DNA from: an uncultured Dehalococcoidaceae bacterium
Lineage (GTDB): Bacteria; Chloroflexota; Dehalococcoidia; Dehalococcoidales; RBG-16-60-22
Direction: 5' to 3'
DNA length: 56,310 bases
Assembly (NCBI GenBank): GCA_964584575.1
Contig: CAZPAS010000001.1
Location: 1 to 56,310 of the forward strand
A model generated the notes under the pieces. That model was given only the letters and a program-made list of their open reading frames with translations. It ran no database searches and was not told the DNA's origin. Both the position numbers and the translations under genes were made by a program. Of this stretch, positions 9,401 through 18,557 are shown piece after piece. Within the stretch, counting starts at the first letter, position 1; each line of letters opens with the position of its first letter.

Positions 9401-10157
9401 AATGGACGGAGAACGTACGCTGATTACTTTCTCGGACGTCTCCCAGGAAAGAGAAGAAGAGGAAAAACTATATCTTACAGACCGCCTGGCTTCCATAGGC
9501 GAAATGGCTGCCGGCCTGGCGCACGAGCTTAATAATCCTCTGACCGGCGTGCTCGCCTTATCTCAGCTGCTCATGGACAGCGATATTCCGGAGGAGTACC
9601 GCGAAGACCTGGAATGCGTATATAACGAAGCCAAACGCGCCGCCAGTATCGTCAAAAATGTCCTGCTCTTTGCCCGCAACAATAACTATGAAAACGGCCA
9701 CGCGTCAGCCAATGAAGTCGTTAGAGACGTGTTAAGGCTGCGCGAATACGAGGAAAAGGTCAGCAATATCACGGCGGTTACGGCACTCCAGGATGACCTG
9801 CCCGATGTACCAATCGATAAATTCCAATTGCAGCAGGTCTTCCTCAACCTGATTCTAAACGCCGAAGCCGCAATCAGGGAGACCAGCAAACCGGGCACGT
9901 TAACGGTAACAACGGAAAGAATTAATAACCATATCAACATTCATTTCAAAGATAACGGTTGCGGGATTGACAGGCATACCCTGCCACGGATATTCGACCC
10001 CTTCTTCACCACCAAGGACATCGGCAAGGGCACCGGGCTCGGTCTGAGCATCTGCTACGGAATCGTCGTAAAGCACGGCGGCAAAATAAGCGTTAAAACC
10101 AATCCCAACAAAGGCACCACGTTTACCATAAGAATGCCCGTAATATCTCATAACTAA
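6408..10157 (+). CDS. Multi-PAS sensor histidine kinase (2 TM, periplasmic domain, HAMP, about 5-6 PAS, HisKA, HATPase_c)
   Basis: Two hydrophobic helices flank about 160 aa. HAMP region is [19 protein letters not shown]. Repeated D(I/T)TERK..EEAL..SEERF PAS linkers. H-box is [10 protein letters not shown], with N/G boxes ([22 protein letters not shown]). Confidence 0.9.
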   Translation: MKVRTKLFIGFAVIVSLLWAVGLLSWSIFGNLNEQFAVVEEDVIPNTFAMNELDTLSNHIYREVSEYIYHGSEEAKTAAIANLDRLEEIGMEYLPAVATPGMMEHGKDSALAGKIFDFYFSSTWIIDLKERGADYDTILARDRSMSLSSLLAMQEHDDILKAASIASLARAKTSFNKAYRGGLNAIHITAALVTLAGIIACILVTRSIVHPLIALRKGTEAIAQGNLDYKVGTKARDEIGDLSRDFDKMTESLSKSMTSIDNLNREIDERKLAEEAFKESQKFSSSLLENAPHAIVVFNPDTSVRYVNPAWEKANGWTASEIIGTKAPYPWWPEEYREIFHEGFKEAMAQESGSGEVIARKKSGEIYWIDMNWVSVMHDGKPQYTIINSVDTTERKQAEEALRSNEERFRLLADNSTELIARIQILPTIKTDYVSPSCLHITGYTQEEFYNNPDLGLEMIHPEDRKFLQKHVGPDNKNNHVPITVRLVRKDGRTIWIEQTHTTIYNDLGEAIAMHLVSNDITERKHAEEALKDSEERFSKAFNASPDIMGITTLKDGNYIEVNDSFVQFSGYSREELIGHTNQDLNMWVNPEDEEKMGQLLGETGKMRHEEFLFRTKSGEIRTWLCSADIINVGGDPCMLAVATDITERKKALEALHESEERFSKAFHASPGSMSISRLRDGKFIEVNDSFLKDKGYTREEVIGRSSAELGIWKDDEHRNKVLDMLQEQGKVHNELTQFRTKTGELRTGYLSAEFITLGNEPCMIVLTTDITKLRHAEEQLRLLGSVTQQVSDSTIVIDTDFKITYMNQAAVDQFGYTLGEARGKTLGLFDARSMSKKGTEEIRKAITSGKGFKSINTKKRKDGSTLICDCCLSPLYDENGEICSYIDVQRDITQQKEVEAKLQVHKKLIERILATMPEGVLVIGNDDKILLANEAFRKIFHTGKKTISNKPLDEIIPVEQLRNLYKAAKEGNEEKNTLEFRYQNIDIEKRIACVITKMDGERTLITFSDVSQEREEEEKLYLTDRLASIGEMAAGLAHELNNPLTGVLALSQLLMDSDIPEEYREDLECVYNEAKRAASIVKNVLLFARNNNYENGHASANEVVRDVLRLREYEEKVSNITAVTALQDDLPDVPIDKFQLQQVFLNLILNAEAAIRETSKPGTLTVTTERINNHINIHFKDNGCGIDRHTLPRIFDPFFTTKDIGKGTGLGLSICYGIVVKHGGKISVKTNPNKGTTFTIRMPVISHN

Positions 10158-10173
10158 TAGGAGATAAGAGTAG

Positions 10174-10551
10174 ATGAAATCGACAGCAAATCAACGGATA
10201 CTCGTAGTGGAAGATGAGCCGGTTATCGGCAGCGTCTGTAAGAAGGTACTGTCCAGGAAGGGTTTTGCGGTAGATGTGGTCACCGACGGTAAGATGGCTA
10301 TCGATAATATACAAGACCACAGTTACAACCTGTGCATCCTGGACATGCGTATGCCGGGGATTGACGGAATCCAGTTCTATAACTACCTTTCCGACAATAT
10401 CCCGGAACTGAGCCAGAATGTGGTGTTCACCTCCGGGGATATTTCCAGCAGCCAGGTATCCGGATTTCTCCGCGGTAAGGAGAAAGTGTACCTGGAAAAG
10501 CCCTTCACCCCGCAGGAACTGGTTACCGCCGTGGAACTGGCGCTGAATTAA
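10174..10551 (+). CDS. Single-domain response regulator (CheY-like receiver)
   Basis: ILVVEDE, ILDMRMPGIDG and LEKPF receiver motifs; 125 aa with no output domain. Confidence 0.9.
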   Translation: MKSTANQRILVVEDEPVIGSVCKKVLSRKGFAVDVVTDGKMAIDNIQDHSYNLCILDMRMPGIDGIQFYNYLSDNIPELSQNVVFTSGDISSSQVSGFLRGKEKVYLEKPFTPQELVTAVELALN

Positions 10552-10612
10552 CACGTTCCCGTTATGCGTATGAGTTAATAAACAGATATAAAGGATAAAG
10601 GGGAAGAAGACA

Positions 10613-11638
10613 ATGGTTACAGCTACAGCACCTGCCAGAGAATCGATACTCATCGTGGATGACGAAAAAACGGTACGGAGAAGTCTGAACAGATGTCTGA
10701 CGGTTAACGGCTTCAACTGTGAAGAAGCCGGCAACGCCGAGGAGGCGCTCGAATCTCTTCAGAAAAATCCTGCCGACCTCGTAATCCTCGATATTATGAT
10801 GCCGGGAACGTCGGGCAGCGAACTGCTGCCCCGGCTTAAAGAATCATTTCCCGATACCACGGTTATCATGGCAACCGCCGTCGTGGACCCGGAGATAATC
10901 GTCAATTGCATGAAAAACGGCGCCCAGGACTACATCACCAAGCCGTTCGATATTACACAGCTTGTCAGCAATATCGAGTCGGCTCTGGAAAAGAGAACCC
11001 TGGAATTAAGCCTCAAAGAGAAGAGACAGGTGCTGGAAGGCCAGGTTGAAAAACAGGCAAAAGAATTACAGGAACTCTTTATCGACGCCATTGAGTCGCT
11101 GGTAGGCGCGCTGGAAGCCAAGGACAAGTACACGGCGGGTCATTCGAGGAGAGTAACCAAGATAGCCGTGGACACGGGAGTGGCTCTGGGCTTATCCGGG
11201 GAGGAACTGGAAAACCTGCGCTGGGCGGCTTTGCTGCACGACATAGGCAAGATCGGTATCGACCCGAGTGTCCAGAACAAGCCGGGTTCGCTGACGCCCA
11301 CGGAATACAACTACATCCTGACGCACTGCACTATCGGCCCCGGCATCGTAGAACCGCTGGTAAATGAGACGATAGTGGAAGCAATCAGGCACCACCATGA
11401 CAGCTATGACGGGACCGGCATTAACCAGACCGTTTCCGGTAAAGATATACCCCTCGATGCCAGGATTCTCGCTGTGGCGGACTCGTTCGACGCGATGACC
11501 TCGGACCGCCCCTACCGGTCAGCCATGCCCGCCGCCAAGGCAATAACCGAAATCAACCGGTGTTCCGGCATGCAGTTCGACCCCATCGTCGTAAAGGCAT
11601 TCATGAAAACACCGATTATAAAATCGTTAAAGGAATAA
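10613..11638 (+). CDS. Response regulator with HD-GYP-family phosphohydrolase output domain (GYP motif degenerate: GIN)
   Basis: Receiver motifs are ILIVDDE, ILDIMMPGTSG and ITKPF. HD domain motifs are GHSRRV, ALLHDIGKIGI, HHHDSYDGTGINQ and AVADSFDAMTSDRPYR. Confidence 0.9.
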   Translation: MVTATAPARESILIVDDEKTVRRSLNRCLTVNGFNCEEAGNAEEALESLQKNPADLVILDIMMPGTSGSELLPRLKESFPDTTVIMATAVVDPEIIVNCMKNGAQDYITKPFDITQLVSNIESALEKRTLELSLKEKRQVLEGQVEKQAKELQELFIDAIESLVGALEAKDKYTAGHSRRVTKIAVDTGVALGLSGEELENLRWAALLHDIGKIGIDPSVQNKPGSLTPTEYNYILTHCTIGPGIVEPLVNETIVEAIRHHHDSYDGTGINQTVSGKDIPLDARILAVADSFDAMTSDRPYRSAMPAAKAITEINRCSGMQFDPIVVKAFMKTPIIKSLKE

Positions 11639-11668
11639 ATACGGGTTGCCCCATCGTGATGACTTTAG

Positions 11669-11692
11669 TAATTCGTCATGCATGACTAATTA
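11669..11692. promoter_or_regulatory. 24-bp near-perfect palindrome TAATTcGTCATG|CATGACtAATTA, a candidate operator upstream of the pilin cassette
   Basis: Base-by-base pairing around the centre at 11680|11681 gives 11 of 12 pairs complementary. It lies about 127 bp upstream of the prepilin ATG at 11819, in a 180-bp intergenic region. Confidence 0.35.
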
Positions 11693-11818
11693 ACTATTTA
11701 CACGGGCTACCCTCCAGAGAATAATACTTGTAGGGGTACCGCAGTTAAAAACGGGGGCCCGTATTTGTATTTATGGCAAAGCGGAAACCCTGTTGCCTCG
11801 AGCATACTGAGGTGAATA

Positions 11819-12172
11819 ATGAGGATTAAGGGCGAAAAGGGGTTATCACTAATTGAGACGATAGCTGCCGTCGGCCTCCTGGGGGTGATAGCTGCGTCGT
11901 TTCTCTGCGGTCTGGCAACGACTTCCACGAGTCGCGTTACCGCCGATGAGAGAGTTTCATCCAAAATTCTGGCGGAAACAATCATAGAAAACGTTAAAAA
12001 ACAGGACTTCGCCTCCTCTTACGAATTCACCATCCCGGATGAATTCGATGGCTACACCGCCACCATCAACGCCACCAACCAGAGGAACGGCACCATTCAG
12101 ATGATTAACGTAACCGTACATCACCGGGATAAAGACGTACTCTCCCTCGAAAGCTATAAGGTGAACCGATGA
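11819..12172 (+). CDS. Prepilin-type N-terminal cleavage/methylation domain protein (type IV pilin/pseudopilin-like)
   Basis: MRIKGEKG|LSLIETIAAVGLLGVIAASF: a short basic leader, Gly-1, Glu+5 and a hydrophobic helix. GAGGTGA Shine-Dalgarno upstream. Confidence 0.75.
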   Translation: MRIKGEKGLSLIETIAAVGLLGVIAASFLCGLATTSTSRVTADERVSSKILAETIIENVKKQDFASSYEFTIPDEFDGYTATINATNQRNGTIQMINVTVHHRDKDVLSLESYKVNR

Positions 12173-12699
12173 CGCTGCACAGGCTCAAGATGTTTGTCCA
12201 AAAGCAGAGAGGCTTCATGTTATATGAAATGATAGCCTCCCTGGCGATTTGCGGCCTTATCGGTCTGGGAGCTACTATAGCCAGCGCTGAGGTAATGAAC
12301 CAGACAACGAGAAATAACGATTATACCACCGCCAGCCGCAACACCCTTAATGCCATGCAGTGGATGAGCCGTGATGCCCAGATGGCACAGTCCGTAAACG
12401 GGACTGCCGGTTTCCCGTTCACCGAGAACCTGACGCTTTCATGTACCCAGTGGGATAATACGGGAACAGAAATCGTTTACTCCGTCGAAGACGGCAAGCT
12501 CATGCGTCTTTATTCAGTGAACGGCAGCCTTGAGTCCAGGACACTGATAGCTGAATATATAAACTCCGATATCGAGATGACCAATTGTACATCGGACAAC
12601 GGGGTAGTTACGTTGACGATTACCGGCAGCGTGGGGGCAGGCTCCAAAATTATCGATGTAACCAAGGTACGCGAGATTGCCTGCCGGCCCAAGCTGTAA
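12169..12699 (+). CDS. Prepilin-type N-terminal cleavage/methylation domain protein (minor pilin-like)
   Basis: ...KQRG|FMLYEMIASLAICGLIGLGATI with Gly-1, Phe+1 and Glu+5. ATGA overlap with the preceding pilin stop. Confidence 0.75.
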   Translation: MTLHRLKMFVQKQRGFMLYEMIASLAICGLIGLGATIASAEVMNQTTRNNDYTTASRNTLNAMQWMSRDAQMAQSVNGTAGFPFTENLTLSCTQWDNTGTEIVYSVEDGKLMRLYSVNGSLESRTLIAEYINSDIEMTNCTSDNGVVTLTITGSVGAGSKIIDVTKVREIACRPKL

Positions 12700-12714
12700 T
12701 ACCGGGTAAATAAA

Positions 12715-15111
12715 ATGAAACAAATGGCAAAACATATACGCTGCAGATTCATATCCGAGGAAGCGGGCCAGGCACTTATCCTGGTGCTGGTACTACTGGT
12801 CCTGGGCAGCCTTACCATTGTGCCGGTCCTGACGCATCTCGGTACCGCCCTCAAAACAGGAAAATTTTATGAAGAATCAACCAACACGATGTATGCCGCC
12901 GACTCCGGCATAGAAGACGCTATATGTGAGATTAAGTACGACCAGCTGGCGTACGTGCTGGCGGGACAGGGTTACCACATCTATGACTATAGCTCAACAT
13001 GGGAATATCAACTCGAGGAAGAAATTAACGGTATTCCCGTCAGTGTAACCATCGCGAACGAATGGATTCCATACGGGGTCGACCCGCCGTCCGGCGACTT
13101 TGATGATATCGAGGATACGCTTATCGGAAGCAAGCTGATGATATCAGGAGGAGCGGAAAGTACCTCAACCTACGCTATAACCATAAACTTTACTCCTGCA
13201 ACCAGCGGCAATGTGACCGATAATATCACCTTTGATTCCATAGGCATATGGGTACCCTTCGGCTTCCACTATGTGGATGGCTCCAGCAACCTTGAAGCAG
13301 ATTCGGATGCTGACTATTATTCGGTACCTGAATACCCTCTTCCGGACCACAAGGGAGGCAAGGCAGTCGTATGGGACTTTTCTCCCCCGGTTCATTTATG
13401 TGAAATGCCCACCTACTCGGAAACCGAAGGTGTGGAGGCCGCCAGAGTCACATTCAGCTACACCGCTGACGAAGATGGCAGCCTGCCGACTGCTGTATCC
13501 TGGGTAGAGACCAGCGACTACCTTAGCATCGACGATATACTCCCCATCACCTGGGATATTGATACAAAAATGTATAAAATAGTCTCCACCGCGGACGATA
13601 CCGAAATAGAAGCCTATGCGTCCCGTTGCGAGTTGCGTAATATGAATAACGCCATCGGCGGCGATTATAAGGCTACGGGCAACTCCCTCATGGAGGCTAA
13701 TTATTACCCGTACCATACGCGCGATACTCTGCTTACCGAGAGTACGACGACTATCTCCTCCATTCCAGAAAACGCCGCCGTCACTAAAGCCTATTTATAC
13801 TGGGCGGCATGGATTGACGAAAGCAGACTTCTGAACGAGGACTGTGAAGACCATTTCTACGAAAACGGCTGGATAGATGGCGGCGACTGGAGTTATACCG
13901 GCCATTATTTCCGCGGGCACTCCACTGAACCCGAGGGCGACCCGGAAAGATTCCTCACCTCCACCTCCCTGGATTATAGTAGTGTGCCGTCTTCGGCGGT
14001 AGCCGAGGTCCGCTGGGACCAGTGGGAATACGGCACACTCGAGTCTGACGACACGCTCCTGTACAGCTTCTGGGACGGTTCCAGTTGGAGCGATAACTAC
14101 ACCGCCTTCTCCGATGACATCGACGATACGTCCAAGCGTTTCTCTACCACGATTCCCTATGCTTACTGGTACGGCAACAGCGATTTCAAATTCAGGCTCT
14201 ACTTCGGTGGATTCACGGAAACATCAGGTACCGATGAATATGTTTACATAGACAATATCGCCGCAAGCTGGTATGTACCGGTCGCGGATACGTCCGCTTA
14301 CTTTGAGATAAACGGCAAACGCGTCTATTATGACGAATACGGCGACCCGCAGGAAGATCTTTTTGATTCAGAAGAGCTGACCGCCACTGAAGACCAATGG
14401 TCTTACGTGGATAACCGCCGCGGTTATTCCTACGCCTGCAAGCTGGAGGTTACCAAGCTCGTACAGGCATTCTCCGATAACGGCTCCACATTGACACTTG
14501 ACGGAAACGGTAACGGGTCGTATACCGTCGGGAATGTAGACGGCGACCTGAACGACCAGCTATCCTGGGGCGGCTGGTCCATCATCGTCGTTTACGCCAG
14601 CCCGGAGACGGCGGGGCACCGGCTCTACCTCTATGACAGGTTTGCCTTCAACCAGGGCTACGAAAATACTGACTTCGATTTCGACGGCGAGCCGGGCGGC
14701 GATATCTCCGGCTTCATCGTTCCCGATATCATCGAAGGCGACTCCGACCCCTATGCCGGCCACATGACCTGCTTCGTCGGCGAGGGGGATGACGGCATTG
14801 AAGGCGATAAGGCGCTTTTCACCGGGCAGTCGGGATATAGCATGTACCTGTATAACGAGGAAAGCGACTGGGATAATGTCTGGGACTCGAAATTCCCCGG
14901 CATGACCGTTGACGGCGTCGATGTAGACAGCTTCGACATACCCTGGGAAAATGCGTCCAGTAATCCTCTGCTGGTGCCGGGCGACACCACGTCGCACCTG
15001 GATATACGCTCGGATGGAAGTGACGCCTGGAACCTGGTATATCTTATCCTATCACTGCGCAGTAAGACGACTATCGGCGGGACGACTCACTACATGATAA
15101 GCGGCTACTAG
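12715..15111 (+). CDS. Large acidic, aromatic-rich extracellular protein with PilX-N-like N-terminus (putative pilus-associated or tip protein)
   Basis: The N-terminus EEAGQALILVLVLLVLGSLTIVPVL...MYAADSGIEDAI follows the PilX_N pattern and lacks Glu+5. The rest is rich in D/E/W/Y/G, with a C-terminal segment GGWSIIVVYASPE...LYLYDRF. It follows two prepilin genes co-directionally. Confidence 0.55.
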   Translation: MKQMAKHIRCRFISEEAGQALILVLVLLVLGSLTIVPVLTHLGTALKTGKFYEESTNTMYAADSGIEDAICEIKYDQLAYVLAGQGYHIYDYSSTWEYQLEEEINGIPVSVTIANEWIPYGVDPPSGDFDDIEDTLIGSKLMISGGAESTSTYAITINFTPATSGNVTDNITFDSIGIWVPFGFHYVDGSSNLEADSDADYYSVPEYPLPDHKGGKAVVWDFSPPVHLCEMPTYSETEGVEAARVTFSYTADEDGSLPTAVSWVETSDYLSIDDILPITWDIDTKMYKIVSTADDTEIEAYASRCELRNMNNAIGGDYKATGNSLMEANYYPYHTRDTLLTESTTTISSIPENAAVTKAYLYWAAWIDESRLLNEDCEDHFYENGWIDGGDWSYTGHYFRGHSTEPEGDPERFLTSTSLDYSSVPSSAVAEVRWDQWEYGTLESDDTLLYSFWDGSSWSDNYTAFSDDIDDTSKRFSTTIPYAYWYGNSDFKFRLYFGGFTETSGTDEYVYIDNIAASWYVPVADTSAYFEINGKRVYYDEYGDPQEDLFDSEELTATEDQWSYVDNRRGYSYACKLEVTKLVQAFSDNGSTLTLDGNGNGSYTVGNVDGDLNDQLSWGGWSIIVVYASPETAGHRLYLYDRFAFNQGYENTDFDFDGEPGGDISGFIVPDIIEGDSDPYAGHMTCFVGEGDDGIEGDKALFTGQSGYSMYLYNEESDWDNVWDSKFPGMTVDGVDVDSFDIPWENASSNPLLVPGDTTSHLDIRSDGSDAWNLVYLILSLRSKTTIGGTTHYMISGY

Positions 15112-15194
15112 GTTTCCTTACCGGTCAATTCCCGCTTTTCTTCCATTCCGCAGAGCTTCTCGATAAGGAAATTGAACGCTTTTGAAATCTCCCT

Positions 15195-16448
15195 TTATCT
15201 GGCGCTGGTGCGGAAACGCCAGATAGCTATCAGGGCGAATACTACGGTGAAACCCACCAGGGCTAACATCTCCGGTACCACGGCGCCGAAATCGGCGCCG
15301 AAGAGCATCAGCTTGTTGAATCCGGTATTCGCCCAGGCATGGGGGCTGATTTTTGCCAGGTTCTGCAGCCAGCGGGGGAGAATAAACAGGGGCCACCAGC
15401 AGCCCCCGAGCGGCGCCAGCAACAGAGCCGTGACCACGGCTATCGAACCCGCGCTGCGTTCGGTCTTCGCCAGGGTCGCCAGCATCAGGGCAAAGGCCGA
15501 GGACATGATAACCATAAGGACGGATAGTATTATTACCGCCGCCGGTGCTATGCCGAGGTCGAGATTAAATATCAGAATACCCGCCAGCCAGAAAATGATT
15601 ATCTGTATGAGCCCCCGGATTAACGTCCCGGTATACACGCCCCCCAGAATCGCCTCCGATTTTACGGAACTGGCGAGCAGCCTCTCCAGGGTATTGTTCT
15701 GCCGCTCACGCACGATTGTCTCGGCGGTTACCGCCGCGGCGAAAAACACGAACATCACCAGGTAGCCGGGGACGACGAAGTTAGCCGGGTTTTCCGCCTC
15801 TACCTCGCCCACTTTCTCGATGTTGAAGCTTATGTATGAAGCATCCGTTCCCGCAGCGCCGCCTCCAGCGTAGATATCCGCCATGATTTCCTGTACCGAC
15901 CGGTTGATACTCTCCGCGTCACCGGGAATTATCCCGCCCTCGACGAGGAGGGCGACGGTGGAATTGATAATTACCCGGTGGGTACCAAGCTGGGAAGCGA
16001 TTGCCCCGGCAAAGCCGTTAAGGGCTGCCCTTTCGTTAATCGCCCCGGCATCCGCAACCACCTCGATTTCCGACCCGGAACCGGTCATTATCGCTTCCGT
16101 GAAACCCGCCGGGAAGGCGATAAATCCGGCATATTCGCCGTCCTCCACGGCCCGGCGGGCTGCGTCGTAATCTTTATCCCAGACGATTACCGGCTCTCCC
16201 GGTTTCAGCTGTGACTCGTCAGTGGTCTCAATAGCCCGGATTATCTGGTGGCTTAGTCCGCCCTCCGCTTCCTGGGTAACGACGTGGAATTCCAGCCTCA
16301 CGTCCTCAGCGGCGCCGATGTTCAGGAAATTAAACAGGAAAATGAACATGAAGGGGAAGATAATGAAGAAAAACACCGCAGCGCGGTCCTTGGTAAAGAT
16401 TAACAAATCTTTCAGGGCGATAAACCAGACGTATCTCAACTGCTTCAT
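15195..16448 (-). CDS. ABC-2 type transporter permease
   Basis: N-terminal TM helix, large extracytoplasmic loop, then 5 C-terminal TM helices; co-operonic with a second permease and an ABC ATPase. Confidence 0.8.
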   Translation of the reverse strand: MKQLRYVWFIALKDLLIFTKDRAAVFFFIIFPFMFIFLFNFLNIGAAEDVRLEFHVVTQEAEGGLSHQIIRAIETTDESQLKPGEPVIVWDKDYDAARRAVEDGEYAGFIAFPAGFTEAIMTGSGSEIEVVADAGAINERAALNGFAGAIASQLGTHRVIINSTVALLVEGGIIPGDAESINRSVQEIMADIYAGGGAAGTDASYISFNIEKVGEVEAENPANFVVPGYLVMFVFFAAAVTAETIVRERQNNTLERLLASSVKSEAILGGVYTGTLIRGLIQIIIFWLAGILIFNLDLGIAPAAVIILSVLMVIMSSAFALMLATLAKTERSAGSIAVVTALLLAPLGGCWWPLFILPRWLQNLAKISPHAWANTGFNKLMLFGADFGAVVPEMLALVGFTVVFALIAIWRFRTSAR

Positions 16449-16454
16449 TATCCC

Positions 16455-17633
16455 CTATTTACCCCCCGGTACGACCTTGAATATTAACCGGCTGATAATC
16501 AGCCCCACGACCATCACCCCGGCCAGTATCCCCAGTTCAAAGCCGACATCGGCGAGCGAGCCTCCCTCGGCGATGATTACATCTAACGCCTTATTGGCGT
16601 AGGAATTAACGGAAATCCGGCTGATTGTATACAGGCTGGTGCCCTCGGTGATTTCAAAGAACGTGCCGCCGAACATGAATGTGATTACGGAAAACACGAC
16701 CGCAATCCATGATGCCCCGGCTTCGCTGCGGGCGATGGAGGCGATAATCAGTCCGATACCGCTGGCGGCTCCCGCGAAGACAAGGGCGATTACCAGTGAC
16801 TCTAAAAATGTGAGCGGCGTAAAAATTTGAAATACGGCGTAAGACAGCCCTAAAAGAATCAGCGTCTGCACGAAGCCGCGCGATACGCTGGCGAAGAACT
16901 TGCCCATGAACAGCTCTCCGGAACTGAGCCGGGTGGTAAGCAGCCGTTCCAGGGTCCCTTTCCGCCGTTCCTCGACGATAACCCTGGCTGCCATCGATAT
17001 AGAGAAGAGGACGTACATGGTAACGATAGCGGGCAGGAACTGATTAACGAAGTCGGGATTGCCGCCGAGCGTCTCTTCTTTCACCGCCACGACCGGCTTT
17101 TCCCGTTCCTGCGCCAGGTATTCCTGCACGGTAACTTCGATGCGTTCCTGAGATATCCCCGTTCCCTGCAGGCTCTCCCCCACCTGTCCGCGTACCTGAA
17201 ATTCCTGATTGATATCCTCGGCTACGCCACGGATAATGCTGGCGACAATCTGCCCTTCCTGTCCGGCGTTGCCCCTCTGCCTGAAAGTCAGTTTTGCGTC
17301 TTCGCCGGAGGCAAGCGCCTGCGAGAATCCCTGCGGTATATATAGGACGATTAATACGTCCGACATGTCCAGCTTTGTTTCTGCTTCCGACTGCGTCAGC
17401 AGTGCCACCTCGACGCCCTCTATCGACCCCAGTTCTTCCAGGAAAACGGAGGAATAATTACCCTTGTCCTCGTCGACGACGTACGCCGTGGTCTCGAACA
17501 TGGTCTGCCCGCCGAAGGCGCCGTAAATCAGGGCGAAGGTAACAATCGGCAGGAGCAGACTGAAAGCAAGGTCGCCCCTGTCCTGAAGGTACAGCTTAAC
17601 TTCATTGAAAGCTATGAAAAAAGCTCGCTTCAT
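16455..17633 (-). CDS. ABC-2 type transporter permease
   Basis: Same topology as 15195-16448 (a paralogue). Includes the ERRKGTLERLL motif typical of ABC-2 permeases. Confidence 0.8.
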   Translation of the reverse strand: MKRAFFIAFNEVKLYLQDRGDLAFSLLLPIVTFALIYGAFGGQTMFETTAYVVDEDKGNYSSVFLEELGSIEGVEVALLTQSEAETKLDMSDVLIVLYIPQGFSQALASGEDAKLTFRQRGNAGQEGQIVASIIRGVAEDINQEFQVRGQVGESLQGTGISQERIEVTVQEYLAQEREKPVVAVKEETLGGNPDFVNQFLPAIVTMYVLFSISMAARVIVEERRKGTLERLLTTRLSSGELFMGKFFASVSRGFVQTLILLGLSYAVFQIFTPLTFLESLVIALVFAGAASGIGLIIASIARSEAGASWIAVVFSVITFMFGGTFFEITEGTSLYTISRISVNSYANKALDVIIAEGGSLADVGFELGILAGVMVVGLIISRLIFKVVPGGK

Positions 17634-17640
17634 AGTCCGG

Positions 17641-18390
17641 TTAGTCGCGCAGACTCCGCCCGGTAAGATTCAGGAAGACATCCTCCAGGGTAGTCTTATC
17701 CGGCGGTCCTATTTCCTCCTTGAGTTTGTAAGGCGTATCCATCCTGATAATCTGGCCCCCGTCCATGATGGCGATACGGTCGCAGAGACGGTCGGCTTCT
17801 TCCATGTAATGCGTGGTATAGAGGACGGTCATGCCTTTTGCCTGCAGTCCCTCTATGGTATCGTAGATATTGTTCCTCGACTGCGGGTCTATGCCCACGG
17901 TCGGCTCGTCCAGGAAAAGAAGTTGAGGTGTGCCCATGAGGGCGATGCCCAGGTTGATGCGGCGTTTCATGCCGCCGGAAAACTTGGCCACCTTCCCCTT
18001 GGCCCTGTCCACCAGTCCCATCAACTTCAGGTTCTCCATTGCCTCGGCTTTGGCTTCGCTACCCTTGAGTCCCGCCATTCTCCCGAAGAAAACCATGTTG
18101 TCAAATGCGGAGAGGTCTTCATATAAGGCAAGGTCCTGGGGACATACCCCGATGATACTGCGGACGGCTTCGGCATCTTTTTTAGTAGAATGCCCACCTA
18201 TCGTAATATTGCCGCTGTCGGGTTCGAGAACCGTGGACAGCATGCGTATCGTCGTTGTTTTTCCGGCGCCGTTGGGTCCCAGAAGTCCGAAAATCTCGCC
18301 TTTATTAATGGAGAAAGTAACGCCGTTTACCGCCTTGAAATCATGAAAACTCTTGTGAAGGTCCGTTACTACCAGGAATTCCTCAGCCAT
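17641..18390 (-). CDS. ABC transporter ATP-binding protein
   Basis: Walker A GPNGAGKTT, signature FSGGMKRR and Walker B LLFLDEPT. AAGGAAAGAGGGGA Shine-Dalgarno precedes ATG 18390, so the track start at 18435 is probably too long. Confidence 0.9.
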   Translation of the reverse strand: MAEEFLVVTDLHKSFHDFKAVNGVTFSINKGEIFGLLGPNGAGKTTTIRMLSTVLEPDSGNITIGGHSTKKDAEAVRSIIGVCPQDLALYEDLSAFDNMVFFGRMAGLKGSEAKAEAMENLKLMGLVDRAKGKVAKFSGGMKRRINLGIALMGTPQLLFLDEPTVGIDPQSRNNIYDTIEGLQAKGMTVLYTTHYMEEADRLCDRIAIMDGGQIIRMDTPYKLKEEIGPPDKTTLEDVFLNLTGRSLRD

Positions 18391-18497
18391 TGCCTTGTCC
18401 CCTCTTTCCTTGACTGAAAAAGTGAATATCTCCACGCATTATATACTTAGAGAAACTATGGATACAAGCTATATTTAATTAATTTTTATTTTCATCT

Positions 18498-18533
18498 AAT
18501 AAAACGGAGCCCCCGAATAAATCGGAGGCTCCG
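18498..18533 (-). terminator. Rho-independent terminator downstream of the AOR gene
   Basis: On the minus strand: CGGAGCCUCCGA-loop-UCGGGGGCUCCG, a 12-bp stem with one G.U pair, followed by UUUUAUU. It begins 24 nt after the stop at 18558. Confidence 0.6.
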
Positions 18534-18557
18534 CATTTAATTCGCTTATTCGTTTCT

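Noticed and set aside
11751-11770. Possible terminator ACGGGGGCCCGT followed by ATTTGTATTT after the HD-GYP gene.
   Set aside because: The stem is only 4-5 bp with a minimal loop, and the T-tract is interrupted. That is too weak to call, so read-through into the pilin genes remains possible.
15112-15194. Terminator between the convergent pilX-like and ABC-2 permease genes.
   Set aside because: The only candidate is an imperfect 7-bp stem with a mismatch (GGAAATT...AAATCTCC) and no clear T-tract on either strand.
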